A stretch of DNA of 63,956 bases, filler included, from Octopus bimaculoides (taxonomy: Eukaryota): NCBI RefSeq assembly GCF_001194135.2. It is 4 parts of 4 records of this genome, joined end to end, with 100 filler letters (N's around TTAATTAATTAA, not from the genome) between each part and the next. Parts side by side here need not be neighbours in the genome. Positions count along the whole stretch, not along the records: positions 1 to 21,742 come from NC_068989.1; positions 21,843 to 50,663 come from NC_069000.1; 2 more parts are not named here. One strand, written 5' to 3'. A program made the translations under genes and the position numbers. Below the pieces are notes generated by a model that worked only from the letters and a program-made list of their open reading frames with translations, ran no database searches and was not told where the DNA came from. Shown piece by piece: positions 13,479-25,576 of the stretch (positions are counted from its first letter, which is position 1; each line of letters opens with the position of its first letter).

Positions 13479-16400
13479 AACAACAAACAAGACGAGGACA
13501 AATACTATCTGCCAAATGTCAATAATGTAAATAATGTAAATAATGTAGATAACTCCTCATCTCTTAAATATAGAACTGTATCATTGTGGTCTTATTGAAG
13601 TTTTCAGTTTGAGCGCTCAAATATTTAAGGGATGCACGTTGTAGCTTTCTTTGTTTTTAAGTTTAATGACATACGCTTGACATCTACAAAGAATCGCATT
13701 ATATTTAACGCACATTACCTTTTTAAGTGTTATTACTCAGTTTAAATCTTATTTTATCATTTTTATCCTTCGTTAACAAGTCGATATACCTATCTACATA
13801 CAATAGTAAATATTCCGTGAAACTTTTCACAATATTTTCTCTCATCCGCAGTAATTCAATATAATTTCACTTAAATAATCTTTTTCGGAAATTGTTTTTC
13901 TTTACTTTGGCATCTAAAATTAAACAGCTATTTCTGTTTTATTTTATGTTCAAATAAATCATTTAGTGATTTTATTTCTCTACGATATTTTTGTTCATAT
14001 AATTTGAAATAAATGTTCTGCTTATATTTCCAAAATCAGAATGTAATTATACAATTTTAAGAGTTTCTGTCTAACAAAAGACTTATTGTAATGTAATCTA
14101 TCAGCCTCCCTGTTTATGTACCAGCAAAAACTGACAATGCCAAAGGGAGCTGTTGTAAGTTATTGCAAATACATTTGGACACATCCATATTTTATATATT
14201 GCTTTTATTCTCTCTTAAAAAACCCCATTAAGATAATCATTAAAAAAATCTCACTAAGATAATCATTTAAAAAATTCATAGTTTATACACGATACTTCGT
14301 TGCCTGTTTTGATTTAAAATAAATATCAGAAAATATAAATGTACATAGCAGAACGTAGATAAATATATTTGAAAGAAATAAATTAAATGTGTCATCTCTT
14401 TTCAGAAACTATTATGAGACTACTTCGCAACAACGTTAATTTGTAATGACAGGTACATGTCCTAATTCACGGGAAACATAAGCTGATACATGCTTAATAA
14501 TTACGTTATCGTTGAAAAGATATGTCAACCAATATTTAATTCTCAACTTGATAAGCATGCATAGCTTTACATTCTTTTTCTTTACACCAGATAGAGTTCA
14601 AATGATTCGTTTAAAATTAAATTGAAAGCAATATCAATGGATGACTGAAAGCAGAACTTTTTTTTACATGAAGTGAATTGGCATAGAAGCACTAAATTTT
14701 TATTTACAAAAAGTCGGTGGAAATAAAATTTGGGAAGAAAAGCACTATGCAGGAAATTATAGAAATAAAATTAAGAAAGATGTTCTTCAGTTTTTGGTAT
14801 GAATCATAGTTCTCAACTGACAAGGAAACATTTATAAAAAATATATAAATAACATTAGAGATAAGTGAAAATGTAAGACAATTAATGAAAGACAAAATAT
14901 TCTACCTGTCAAAATCATTTGTAAATCACATTTCCAAAAGTCGACAATTAATGGAACTGAGCGTTCGTAATTTGAAAGAATATAGATATATCGATTGAAT
15001 GTTTCGAATCTATATTGTGAGATTTAAATTCAAACTGGGGAATAGAAATCTGATTCATAGGAAAGACTGAAAGGGAAAGCAACTGAGTGAGAGGTAAAAT
15101 ATTGTGTAGTCAGACTGAACACGAATGAAGTTAAAGAAAGAAAATATATTTAAAATATTAATGAAGATTCATATAATCATCATTCAAAAGTATTAATTAA
15201 CAAAATTGATACTAAGAACACTAATTCATAATTAATAGATGACCACCAAAAAATAGTTATTAGGGTATCATATCTGAAGAATAATTTCTTATATTAATCC
15301 TGTTACAAAGATTTTCTCTCTCATTCTTTCTCTCTTTGTTTTGCTATATATATATATATATATATATATATNNNNNNNNNNNNNNNNNNNNNNNNNNNNN
15401 NNNNNNNNNNNNNNNNNNNNNNNNNNNNNNNNNNNNNNNNNNNNNNNNNNNNNNNNNNNNNNNNNNNNNNNNNNNNNNNNNNNNNNNNNNNNNNNNNNNN
15501 NNNNNNNNNNNNNNNNNNNNNNNNNNNNNNNNNNNNNNNNNNNNNNNNNNNNNNNNNNNNNNNNNNNNNNNNNNNNNNNNNNNNNNNNNNNNNNNNNNNN
15601 NNNNNNNNNNNNNNNNNNNNNNNNNNNNNNNNNNNNNNNNNNNNNNNNNNNNNNNNNNNNNNNNNNNNNNNNNNNNNNNNNNNNNNNNNNNNNNNNNNNN
15701 NNNNNNNNNNNNNNNNNNNNNNNNNNNNNNNNNNNNNNNNNNNNNNNNNNNNNNNNNNNNNNNNNNNNNNNNNNNNNNNNNNNNNNNNNNNNNNNNNNNN
15801 NNNNNNNNNNNNNNNNNNNNNNNNNNNNNNNNNNNNNNNNNNNNNNNNNNNNNNNNNNNNNNNNNNNNNNNNNNNNNNNNNNNNNNNNNNNNNNNNNNNN
15901 NNNNNNNNNNNNNNNNNNNNNNNNNNNNNNNNNNNNNNNNNNNNNNNNNNNNNNNNNNNNNNNNNNNNNNNNNNNNNNNNNNNNNNNNNNNNNNNNNNNN
16001 NNNNNNNNNNNNNNNNNNNNNNNNNNNNNNNNNNNNNNNNNNNNNNNNNNNNNNNNNNNNNNNNNNNNNNNNNNNNNNNNNNNNNNNNNNNNNNNNNNNN
16101 NNNNNNNNNNNNNNNNNNNNNNNNNNNNNNNNTATATATACATATATATATGTATGTATGTATATTAATGCCGTTACAAAGACTTTCTAATTTTTGAAGG
16201 CATATAATTTAGTTACACAACGGCAAATTAACGTATTACAATTCATTACATTTTAGTCGGTGTATTTTATTTCTTTTTTCATTTATTGTATTTCCGTCTT
16301 TGATTTACTAGCACTGATCACGACAAAGAAAACACACAAAATGAGTGAAATCATTTTCCTTAAGAATAACTAATATTTTGAGTTCGAAAAAATATTCTCC

Positions 16401-17168
16401 TAATTGGTTGTCTAAGGACTTGATGTACCAATTTGCTGCAAAATTTTAGTTAACATTCGACAATATAATGTAGCTGTAAACGTTTCCAGTTTCAAATATA
16501 CATAAACGTTTGGAAATAGTACTAAGTGTTACGTCTAATTTTGAAAATACCTTTTCTCACAATTTCGGAAACATCTAATCAAATTAATACATACTACAAC
16601 AGAGAATCACATAATAAAATGGATCCAAGGGTTAGCTTTGTTCATCTGATCAAAAATTTCGCTCCATAAAAATGCTAGACATATTTATTTTAAACGATTT
16701 CTAAACCTTTCCATATATATTTGAGAATTAATGATTTTAAGTAAAAAGTATATTTGAATTAGATTCACGTAGATTGATAAGAGTTTGCCACGGATAGCCA
16801 CACCGAACACAAAGCAATTAAGTTTTGAAACAAATTGTAATTTAGTATATGGTGGCTGCCGTAATTGTACGGAATTACACCATAAAATTCACAGACTCAA
16901 CCGACATAAGTCTTTTCATTAAATGTACATGCTAGATTGCTTGCATTTTCCTTACACGGTTCTACATAGGTTCCATTAAATGTCTCAGATACATGCCTAT
17001 AAAGTTTCTGATGTTGGGATACCAACAACTGGTCTTATTTTTATTACGTGGAAAAATGCGAGCATGATTAAATCTATTGTACAAAACTGCTCAGCTACTT
17101 TGTAGGTTTGNNNNNNNNNNCTAATAATGTGTCAATAATTTAAAATTTTACCATATAAAATACTGAAA

Positions 17169-17234
17169 GATAATATTTCAATATTTCCATGATAATATTT
17201 CAATATTTCCATGATAATATTTCAATTTTTTCAT
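17169..17234. repeat. 22-bp minisatellite, 3 copies
   Basis: GATAATATTTCAATATTTCCAT twice plus one variant copy. Confidence 0.9.
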
Positions 17235-17872
17235 GCTTAATTTAAATATATGTTGTGAGTGAATTATTTGATACTACCCATCCACACCAACTTAATAGCA
17301 GGGATTTTTCCCATGTTGTTGCTTGCACTATGGCTCAACAAAAGTTAAAAACAAGACCCAAAACCATCAGTTACCTGGCTCACCTTATGTAACCCAATTT
17401 TGCAATATTAGGAGATCACAGGAATTCAATCAACGAAACAAATGATTCCGCAAACGATCTCTTTTTTGTTCTCATTTTCTTAGTGAAAAATCGTGTGGGT
17501 GTTAATATAGAAATTTACCATAATGTTGTTGTTATTTAGCCTCAAATCAAACCTGATACTGCAGACCTCTCATCAAAAACATTCTAGCCTTCAGCAAACC
17601 GTATTTTTTAGGGATAATCTAAAATATTACATGCAATGAGTGTGTGATTTAAGTAGGGAGATACTTTAGCTGCTTATTTGGCGTGTCGAGCGACCAGGTA
17701 GAGACTCTTTCACTAGTTCGATTGCGTGATGAGATGTTTTACACATATATATAATATGTATATATATCATCGGCAGAAGTTAGAGAGTAAGTCAAAATTT
17801 GAGTTTCGTGTATTGGCACTTGTCAAACACGAATTTGCCCGTTGCCACTCTGTAACGTCTCACGAAATATGT

Positions 17873-18310
17873 TCTAAAATACAAAATTTTGTCAAAAACG
17901 TTAAGAATAAACCCTGCTCTATGTGACACATTCTAACTGTGTCGGAAATTTAAAAGTGTTTAGTTAAAAAAAATTAATTAAATAATCTGTGCATCTAATT
18001 GAATAGATCCGAAATGGATGAAAGGCGAAGTCGACCTCGTTGGAATTTGAACTCAGAACGTTAAGACAGACGATATACTGCTTCTGAAATACAAACTTTT
18101 GTAAAAAGCGTTAAGAGTAAACCCTGTTCTATGTGACACTTTGTACCAGTATCGGAAGTTTGAAAATGCTTAGTTAGAAAAAGCAATTAATTAAATAATC
18201 TGTACGTCGAAGTCGATCTCGGCGAAATTTGAACTGAAAACGTATAAACAGACGAAATACCGTTAAGCATTTTACCCTGAGCACTAACGCGTCTTCCAGC
18301 TCGTCGAATT
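17873..18310 (+). repeat. ~210-bp tandem duplication, each unit ending in a fragment of a common SINE-like repeat
   Basis: TCT(A/G)AAATACAAA...AAACCCTG(C/T)TCTATGTGACAC...TTAATTAAATAATCTGT at ~17875 and ~18082. The GAAAGGCGAAGTCGACCTC...GAATTTGAACTCAGAACG family recurs at ~22360-22470, 33430-33640, 38590-38800 and 39730-39910. Confidence 0.75.
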
Positions 18311-19914
18311 AGAATGTTAACATTCATTTTAGAAACATATCCTTTATTCTTATTGCTTAAGTGTTACTCTCTTACTTCCTTACTGACAGGAAATTTCGTA
18401 ACATTTTACCCCATAACTATTTTTCTACTAATTTTTTTTCAATGTGACTAGCGATTCTGAATTCCTCATGCATTTTTCTATCATTTAGGCCTATGAAAAT
18501 TATAGTTTTAATTTAAAATTAAAACGTTTATGTTAATTGAAGATGAATATCTGTCTTACTGCTCTCCTTGAGGTCGCAGATAGATTGATGTAACATTTTG
18601 TCTACTGAACCAAATCTCAAACTATTTATGCCAATGCGAAAGTGAGGAGGTGACCTCTTTAAAACAATTAACAGTTTGCAATTTAGTTGAGAACTCAATT
18701 AGTGGTGAAGCTTTGAATCTGCTGCGATTAATGAAATAGTGGACTTTTCTTTCGGAAACGTTATACTCACGTTAATAGTTAATGCTTCTCCACATCCTTG
18801 AATGATAAATCCCCACATTTATTAATCCATATAATTTTTGTTTGATAGGTAACATGTCTGAAACAATTTAGTTCTCTGTCGGCTGCAAAATATCAATATG
18901 AATGTAATAAAATAGTTACTGCGGTATTTGTAGGTTTATTTTCTCGGACTATTTGTTATTTTGTTTTATTCTGTAGATCTAATTTGAAATTTTAAAATAT
19001 ATTTTAAACGTTCATCAATGACACCCAGGAAAATTATTTTAGATAATATTAACTTTTGATTCTCATAAAAGTTTCATCGTTCGTTTTAGAGAAATTAGTA
19101 AAGACGAATAGATAATAATGCAGTCCTGCAAAACTATATAAATTTCGAAATGTCATTCTTGATTGCAGCAACGTCACGTTTTGAGAAAATTGTAGAAATT
19201 TTATTCCGCGTATATCTGCCACAACAATAATTTATCTGTGTATGATCCATCGGGTATTTTCAGTTTCATTGTACTAATTATGCAGCGAAAGTTTTAGCTT
19301 AACTACCGATAAATGGTTTAGGAGATTAATTTTGTAATATCTGCCATTAGCATTTTGAATGTAAGTGTTTTACTGTCATTTGATTTTCACTGTTAGTGTC
19401 TGAGAAGTGTGTGTTTCTGTATGTTCGTATTACACAGATCATGTTCTCTATAACGTAATTTCTTATAACTTGTTTATGATCACTTCAATATTTTTTGCAA
19501 ATATCTTTTATATGATCGCTAAAATTTATTTGCTAGTCTGGTTTCTCTGTTTGCAATAATATGTGCGAAATACGCAGACGTGTATTTTGAAGATATCATT
19601 TTGTTCCGAGATTAAATGATATGAAGTCGATATAGGCTAACAGATGCATACGTAAATGTATGTTTATATGCATGGAAATGTCTATATGTGAATGCACTCT
19701 ACATGTATATATATATATATATATAAAATCATAAATATATACGGATTAGCAGAAAACCTGCTTCTCCAACATACTGAGAAATTCAGAAACAGCAGCCAAA
19801 GAACCACTGTTTCTAAAAAACTACAAATATTTCTCTAATTGATAGCGATATACATGGTACACACAGAACCAAAGACAGAAGAGAAGAGTAAAAAAACAAA
19901 CTTGCCCTTAATTA

Positions 19915-19978
19915 ATTTGGTACGAATCGTTTCACGATTAGCGGTAAGAAATTACCTCATTTCGATATTCAGCCAAAT
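19915..19978 (-). ncRNA. Hammerhead-like motif, second copy, core mutated
   Basis: Same as 20491-20554 but the core reads CUGAAUA (G8 to U). Confidence 0.55.
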
Positions 19979-20490
19979 ATTTTAATAAATTTGCCAATGT
20001 CTAAATAACTCAGGTAACTTTTGACCATGCGACATCAAGACCACGTGAGGTAGACATTAAGAACTTTATCGGCCAGTGAGTTTAAAATCTCTCACCCTAA
20101 TGAATTCAATTCAGTGTGTATCATAAATAGTCCCGCGTAGAAAAAAGTCCCGTACAACCCTTAGCGGTTTAGCTGACCATCTTAGAGGTATTACTAAAAT
20201 ATAGATATACAGGGCAGGGAATCGTCAATTAGTAATAAAATTAATAATTAACAATTATGCCGGGTAGCTCAGTATGAAAAAACATTTTCGGCAAAGCCAT
20301 TTATAATCATAAATATATAGGGATTAGCAGAAAACCTTCTACTCCAACATACTGAGAAATTCAGAAACAGCAGCCAAAGAACCACTGATTCTAAAAAACT
20401 ACAAATTTTTCTCTAATTGATAGCGATATTCATGGTACACAGAACCAAAGACAGAAGAGAAGAGTAAAAAAACAAACGTGCCTTTAATTA

Positions 20491-20554
20491 ATTTGGTACG
20501 AATCGTTTCACGATTAGCGGTAAGAAATTACCTCATTTCGATCTTCAGCCAAAT
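20491..20554 (-). ncRNA. Type I hammerhead ribozyme-like motif
   Basis: AUUUGG CUGAAGA UCG..GGUAA UUUC UUACC..CGU GAAA CG AUU CG UA CCAAAU: 6-bp stem I, intact CUGANGA and GAAA cores, 3-bp stem III and a GUA cleavage triplet. Atypical U.U at positions 10.1/11.1. Confidence 0.65.
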
Positions 20555-20695
20555 ATTTTAATAAATTTGCCAATGTCTAAATAACTCACGTAAACACGAA
20601 AACATATTTTTTATCGTAGTGTTTTATGATGTTTTTTTAATCCAGAACTTCAATTCTTCATTTTGAAATTTGACAAATTTTCCGTCTTTTGAGAT

Positions 20696-21650
20696 ATGAC
20701 GGTAGAAAACTGAGGAGAAAGAAGTCAGCACATTTCGACACCTACTTCTCTTTCTTATGCAACATAATGAAATGACTGAAAGAAAAACATGGAATTGTTT
20801 TTCACATTTCAAGAGAAATTCCACCTCACAATCTCTTTGGGTTCCAGACAACCTATTCAGTTCATTGAGTATCAATTAGATGAAACTCTTGTGGTTTAAG
20901 TATCCTCATGAAACCACAAGAGAATTGACCCAGCTCATGGGATGCTCACATCATACTCTCATTTGTCATCTTCACTCACACGGTAGATTTCATGAGTGGC
21001 ACAGAGTCTGACCGAAAGAAACAAACTTCAGCTCTATGCTATTCTCCCTAATTCCGTCATGCAACGCCAGGCTACTTAGAGTTACAAAGAGAAGCCTCTT
21101 TCTCGTATAAGCACCGCTGAGAGGAACTGGTGTCTTAACGACGATATAAAGCAGGAAAAGAATGGCTGAGCCCTGATAGCAGTCAATACACCGATCCAAG
21201 CAAGAGAATCATTCGTACCAGACAATATTTTGCCATTGGTACGACTGGGGAAGTTTAATAAACCACGAAATGCTTGAAAAGCACCTGGATTTGAGTGACG
21301 TGATTTACATTCAGCAAAACAACCAGCCCAACGATGCAATCCATCATGCTTCCTCCATACAACACGGCATTACCTACCGATGCACCTTACTAATATTACC
21401 AAAAATGCGACTCAAGTGCTTAGCTGGAATGTTCTAATGCAGCCACCCTATTTTCCTAGGAAGGTAACATTCAATTATTGCCTCTTATCTTTGTTCCCCG
21501 AGAGGTCAACGTTGTCTTTCTTTACAGAAAAAAGACAAAAACAAGGAGCTGAACAGATGTGGCGATGAATCGTTCTGTTCAAGACTATTTGATATCTACC
21601 GTCAAGGCATTCCTAAGCTAGTGAAAGGCTGGTAAATATTCATGAAAAAT
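20696..21650 (+). mobile_element. Degenerate mariner transposase remnant
   Basis: Fragments HFRHLLLF (N-terminus), TTRELTQLMGCSH, WYDWGSLINHEMLE and SWNVLMQPPYFP correspond to mariner HFRHILLF, WWD..GII.YELL and WEVLPHPPYSP. Confidence 0.8.
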
Positions 21651-21742
21651 TAAAAATATATTATTCTGTTTTAGTGGATGAGAACAAATACGAATTAAAG
21701 TGGGGTAAAGCGATTGAATTTGTCTGACACTACAATATATAT

Positions 21743-21842
21743 NNNNNNNNNNNNNNNNNNNNNNNNNNNNNNNNNNNNNNNNNNNNTTAATTAATTAANN
21801 NNNNNNNNNNNNNNNNNNNNNNNNNNNNNNNNNNNNNNNNNN
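21743..21842. other. Artificial scaffold linker N44-TTAATTAATTAA-N44
   Basis: 100-bp block holding a palindromic 12-mer with stops in all six frames; identical blocks at 50664-50763 and 62663-62762. Confidence 0.95.
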
Positions 21843-21857
21843 AATATATATATATAT

Positions 21858-22015
21858 ACAATGGGCTTCTTTCAGTTTCTGTCTACCAAATCCACTCACA
21901 AGGCTTTGGTCGGCCCGAGGCTATAGTAGAAGACACTTGCCCAAGGTGCCATGCAGTGGGATTGAACCCGGAACCATGTGGTTCCGGGTTAGGGTTACTT
22001 ACCACACAGCCACTC
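21858..22015 (-). mobile_element. tRNA-derived SINE, 5' part
   Basis: The reverse complement begins GAGTGGCTGTGTGGTAAGTA...GGTTCAATCCCACTGCATGGCACCTTGGGCAAGTGTC with A-box and B-box-like promoter elements. Same family at ~36040-36185, 36963-37340, ~37675-37800 and ~52290-52500. Confidence 0.85.
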
Positions 22016-22893
22016 ACATTTTTTAAAAATTAATCATCCATTATCTCATAGTTTTGAGATTTTGATGATGTGATTGTTTATTATTAGAATGACGTTGTAG
22101 TGTGTGATGCCAGATCTGGCTGGCTTGAGCATAAAACGAGAAAATTTGGGCTGGATATGGCTAGTTTAAATACTAAAGGGTTAAAATGATTTGAATTAAA
22201 ACTTTCTGTCAAAATTTCTTGTTAATCTATGTTCCAAATAGCAGCTTAAAAATAACAATGTTATTTTACTAAATACTTCATTACTTTAAAAATTAATTGA
22301 AACAGTTTAGAGCATTTCAACAGAAATATCCTTTCTACTATAGACACAAGGCCTGGAATTTGGGGGAGGGTACGAGTCAATTACATCAACCCCAGTGCTT
22401 GACTGGTACTTATTTTATTGACCCTTAAAGACTGAAAGGTCAAATCAACCAGGGGCGGAATTGCATTTCAACAGAAATATGGTAACAAAAGGGTTAATAA
22501 GGTCTAAACCAGTTACAGCAGCAGCAGTAGCAGCAGCAGTAGCAGCAGCAGTAGCAGCAGCAGCGGTAGTAGCAGCAGCAGTAGCAGTAGTGGCAGTAAG
22601 TAGTAGTAGTAGTAGTAGTAGTAAAAGGGATCAGTTCACCCTGTCATTTGATAATTAAACAACATGTTATTAGTTGACAGACTAAATTGGGTAACAAAAA
22701 AGAAGCATTCAGATCTCTCTCTTGATAATTTCGTTACTTTGTCTGGTTTTGATTACTTCCTCTCCCTCCCCTCCCTTCTCTCTCTCCTTCCCTCTCTCAC
22801 CCACATGCATATTCTCTCTGTCTGCTGTTACTCTCTTCCACCCTTGTCAATCATCATCCAAGTCCTGTTAACTATATTGGAGTGGCACATCCC

Positions 22894-22935
<42 letters not shown>

Positions 22936-24242
22936 TTTCACCACCACTGACATTATTACATGTACAACAGCTACAATCATTTCCAAATAGCTAATTAACT
23001 CATTGTGAGGTGGCAGTAATTAATTTACTTCCTTTTAGAGCAGTGGAATGGTATAATAGTTAGAAATGGTTGATTGCTTGTTATCCCACTATCATCACCA
23101 CATCATTACCACCACCACTACCATCCTTAAGAACAGCACCACTACTACCACCACAATAAACACTATCACTGATGTCATCAACACCACCACAGTGAGGGAA
23201 CATCTATGTGACCTGCTAGAAATAGTAACCCTATATCACTGAAGCCACATCTTCTATGGGAAAGGAAAGGACACTCTGGATAATGTAGTGGTTCATATCC
23301 TGTAAAAGATGGAATGGGCATGGTTGGCTGGGATGCTTTTGATCATAGATCAATCAATGCTGACCTGAGGTGAAGCAACAACAACAAAAACAACTTCTCC
23401 ACCATCGCTGCCAACAACAGCAGCAGCAACAACAACAAGAAGACTATCATTACAACTACCATTATCATCACCCCACCACCATCCGAAACCAATAAGGGAG
23501 GGGGCTGTACATGATCACAGGATACAAAAGAAATAGCAGCCCAATCTCACTCAAATCACATCCAACCATCTTAATGCAGTTCTTCCCTGATTTCCTATCA
23601 TGCTATTTGTTATGACTTATAAATACTGTAAATATACTTGCACAGCTTATATACAATAATATCACGACTTTTTCAACAATTTCTAATAAATAAGCCAGTA
23701 CTGTATTGTAATTTTTGTTACATAGATCATTTGATGTCCATCAATGTTCATGTGACTAAATTGTATTTAGAGGGCTGCAGGTCAATGCTGCTAAATTCAG
23801 CCTGCATGCAAGTTAGTTGACCGTGGTGATGTTTTCATTGTAGTTGTTGTGTGTACATTGTGCATATAGAGTACATGCATTGCATACAGATGAGATTATG
23901 CATGCACTGGATTGTTATCTCGAGCTTCAACTGTTACAAATGTCATGGCTTCTTAAAATGATTTACTGTAAGCGTCAAATTATTCAGGGCCATAAAATTT
24001 CGCAATTTGTGCATGCTTTGTCTTTCTTTTTTACTGATCTTTGCACCACACCCATCCTACCATTTTGTGGGGATAACAAACTATTTTTTTTTATTTGCTT
24101 TAATTAAAAAAACTAATAAAAAGTAAAGTGGTTTGATCAATCTTATTAATCACTTAATGATATTTTACTTTTCTTCTTCCTCCTTTTTCACGTATATCAT
24201 TATCTCATGTAATATTTTTCTGCTCTTTATACATTGTACAGA

Positions 24243-24750
24243 ATGTCAGGACCACCAGCTAAGAAATGATGTTGTTCAACTGAAGAGGTTATTAGAGAAT
24301 TTCAAAAGTACTGGACTGAAGAGGTTGGTATGATTAAGAAAGACAATAAAGCATTATGTATTTTCTGTTCCGAAACTGTTCCGTTTGTAGAACTTCTTCT
24401 GTAAATAGGCATTCTGAAAGTGTTCATAAGAACTTAAGCAATAAAACTGAAGGGGAACAAAAAAAAACAAAAACACTGATACTTTTATAAGCTTTATTTC
24501 AGGCAAGCCCAGTTCCAGCTTAGTTGCTGCTAGTTTTGAGGTTTCAAAAGTTATTGCCCAACATGGAAAGCCACTCAGTGATGGGGAGTATATTAAAGAA
24601 GCTTGGCTAAAGTGAGCACCTTTCCTTTTTGTTGATTTTTCAGAAAAGGAAAAGAGTATTCAGCGCATTAAAGATTTTTCTGTGAGTAGGAAAACAGTTA
24701 AGGATAGAATACTTAAATTGGAGCAGGATACTTCTGAACAATTGATAGTG
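24243..24750 (+). mobile_element. hAT transposase 5' remnant (SPIN/GTF2IRD2-like, BED-finger region)
   Basis: MSGPPAKK*...KALCIFCSETV..CRTSSVNRHSESVH (C-x2-C...H-x4-H), then ASFEVSKVIAQHGKPLSDGEYIKEAWLK*...IKDFSVSRKTVKDRILKL, matching hAT motifs KPFSDGEFIKE and LSRxTVxRRI. Confidence 0.85.
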
Positions 24751-25169
24751 GATTCTTTGCTACTTAAGAGTTTTGACCTGTCATTAGAAAGAATAAGTTT
24801 GTACCACCCTCTTTTGGACCAAATAAACCTTTTGGAATGGCATACAGTGCTCTCAAGTTGTGAGAGTTAGCAACCTGTTCCAATTCTTGGGCTTTTTTTG
24901 TCCACCAAGAATTTTTATACAGTTTTTCTGAGTAGTTTTGTTAGAGAAGATATATAGAGATCTGAGTGATGGCGAGTTCTTATTTGAGATCATGCCTTGT
25001 GTCTTTTGTGCACAGTTTCTCAGAGAGATGATTGTAACAACGGTGAAAAAAAATCAATGTTAATTTATTGATGCATTTGGGCAAGTCTATGTCTGTATTA
25101 TCAGACAATTGCAAAAAAAAGTTTTTTAAAAATTCAAACTCTGCAAAAATCCAGCTTTGAGTTCTGAGA

Positions 25170-25460
25170 TTCTTAACCACTGTTGGGATTTTACTTTGTC
25201 TATTTTTTTCTGTTTAGTTTAACACAATATTTGTGATGAAGGGGCTTTTCTTGCCATTGTTTTATCATGATACGTTGTTGTTCCAGTTTTAGTTTGGATT
25301 TCAGTTGCTTTACAGCTTTTGTTGTTTCTTCTTTTTCTTCATAGTTGTCAGGTGCTATGATTTCTTACTTGTATTTTTCAGCTTCCTTATAAGACAGAAA
25401 ACAGTTTTTTTTTTTTATTTTGGTCATGTTTTGTGGCTATTTGTACCAGTTTTCCCTGCT
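25170..25460 (-). mobile_element. R4/Dong-like LINE fragment (post-RT region)
   Basis: Minus-strand translation KQWQEKPLHHKY...IDKVKSQQWLRISELKAG. Confidence 0.7.
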
Positions 25461-25483
25461 TCTTTATTATTACTTTATTATTG

Positions 25484-25559
<76 letters not shown>

Positions 25560-25576
25560 CATTATTATTATTATTG

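Larger units (their letters stand above)
13215..13519. mobile_element. Palindromic Penelope-like repeat with ~115-bp inverted arms around (AAC)n
   Basis: 13215-13328 is the imperfect reverse complement of 13402-13519. The centre holds a small gap and (AAC)n; an (AATAATGTA)3 tail lies to the right. The Penelope assignment rests on the hammerhead motifs in the arms. Confidence 0.7.
19727..20593 (-). mobile_element. Direct-repeat element (two ~290-bp near-identical repeats, ~290-bp spacer), Penelope pLTR or retrozyme-like
   Basis: 19727-20017 and 20305-20593 align with only a few substitutions and indels (period 578). Each carries a hammerhead-like motif on the minus strand. Confidence 0.75.

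Noticed and set aside
17169-17234. Short regularly repeated units resembling a CRISPR array
   Set aside because: The units are head-to-tail with no unique spacers, there are no cas genes and the context is eukaryotic.
21787-21798. Palindromic TTAATTAATTAA as a possible homeodomain site or piggyBac TTAA target
   Set aside because: It always sits within exactly 44 N on each side, so it is a synthetic assembly spacer.
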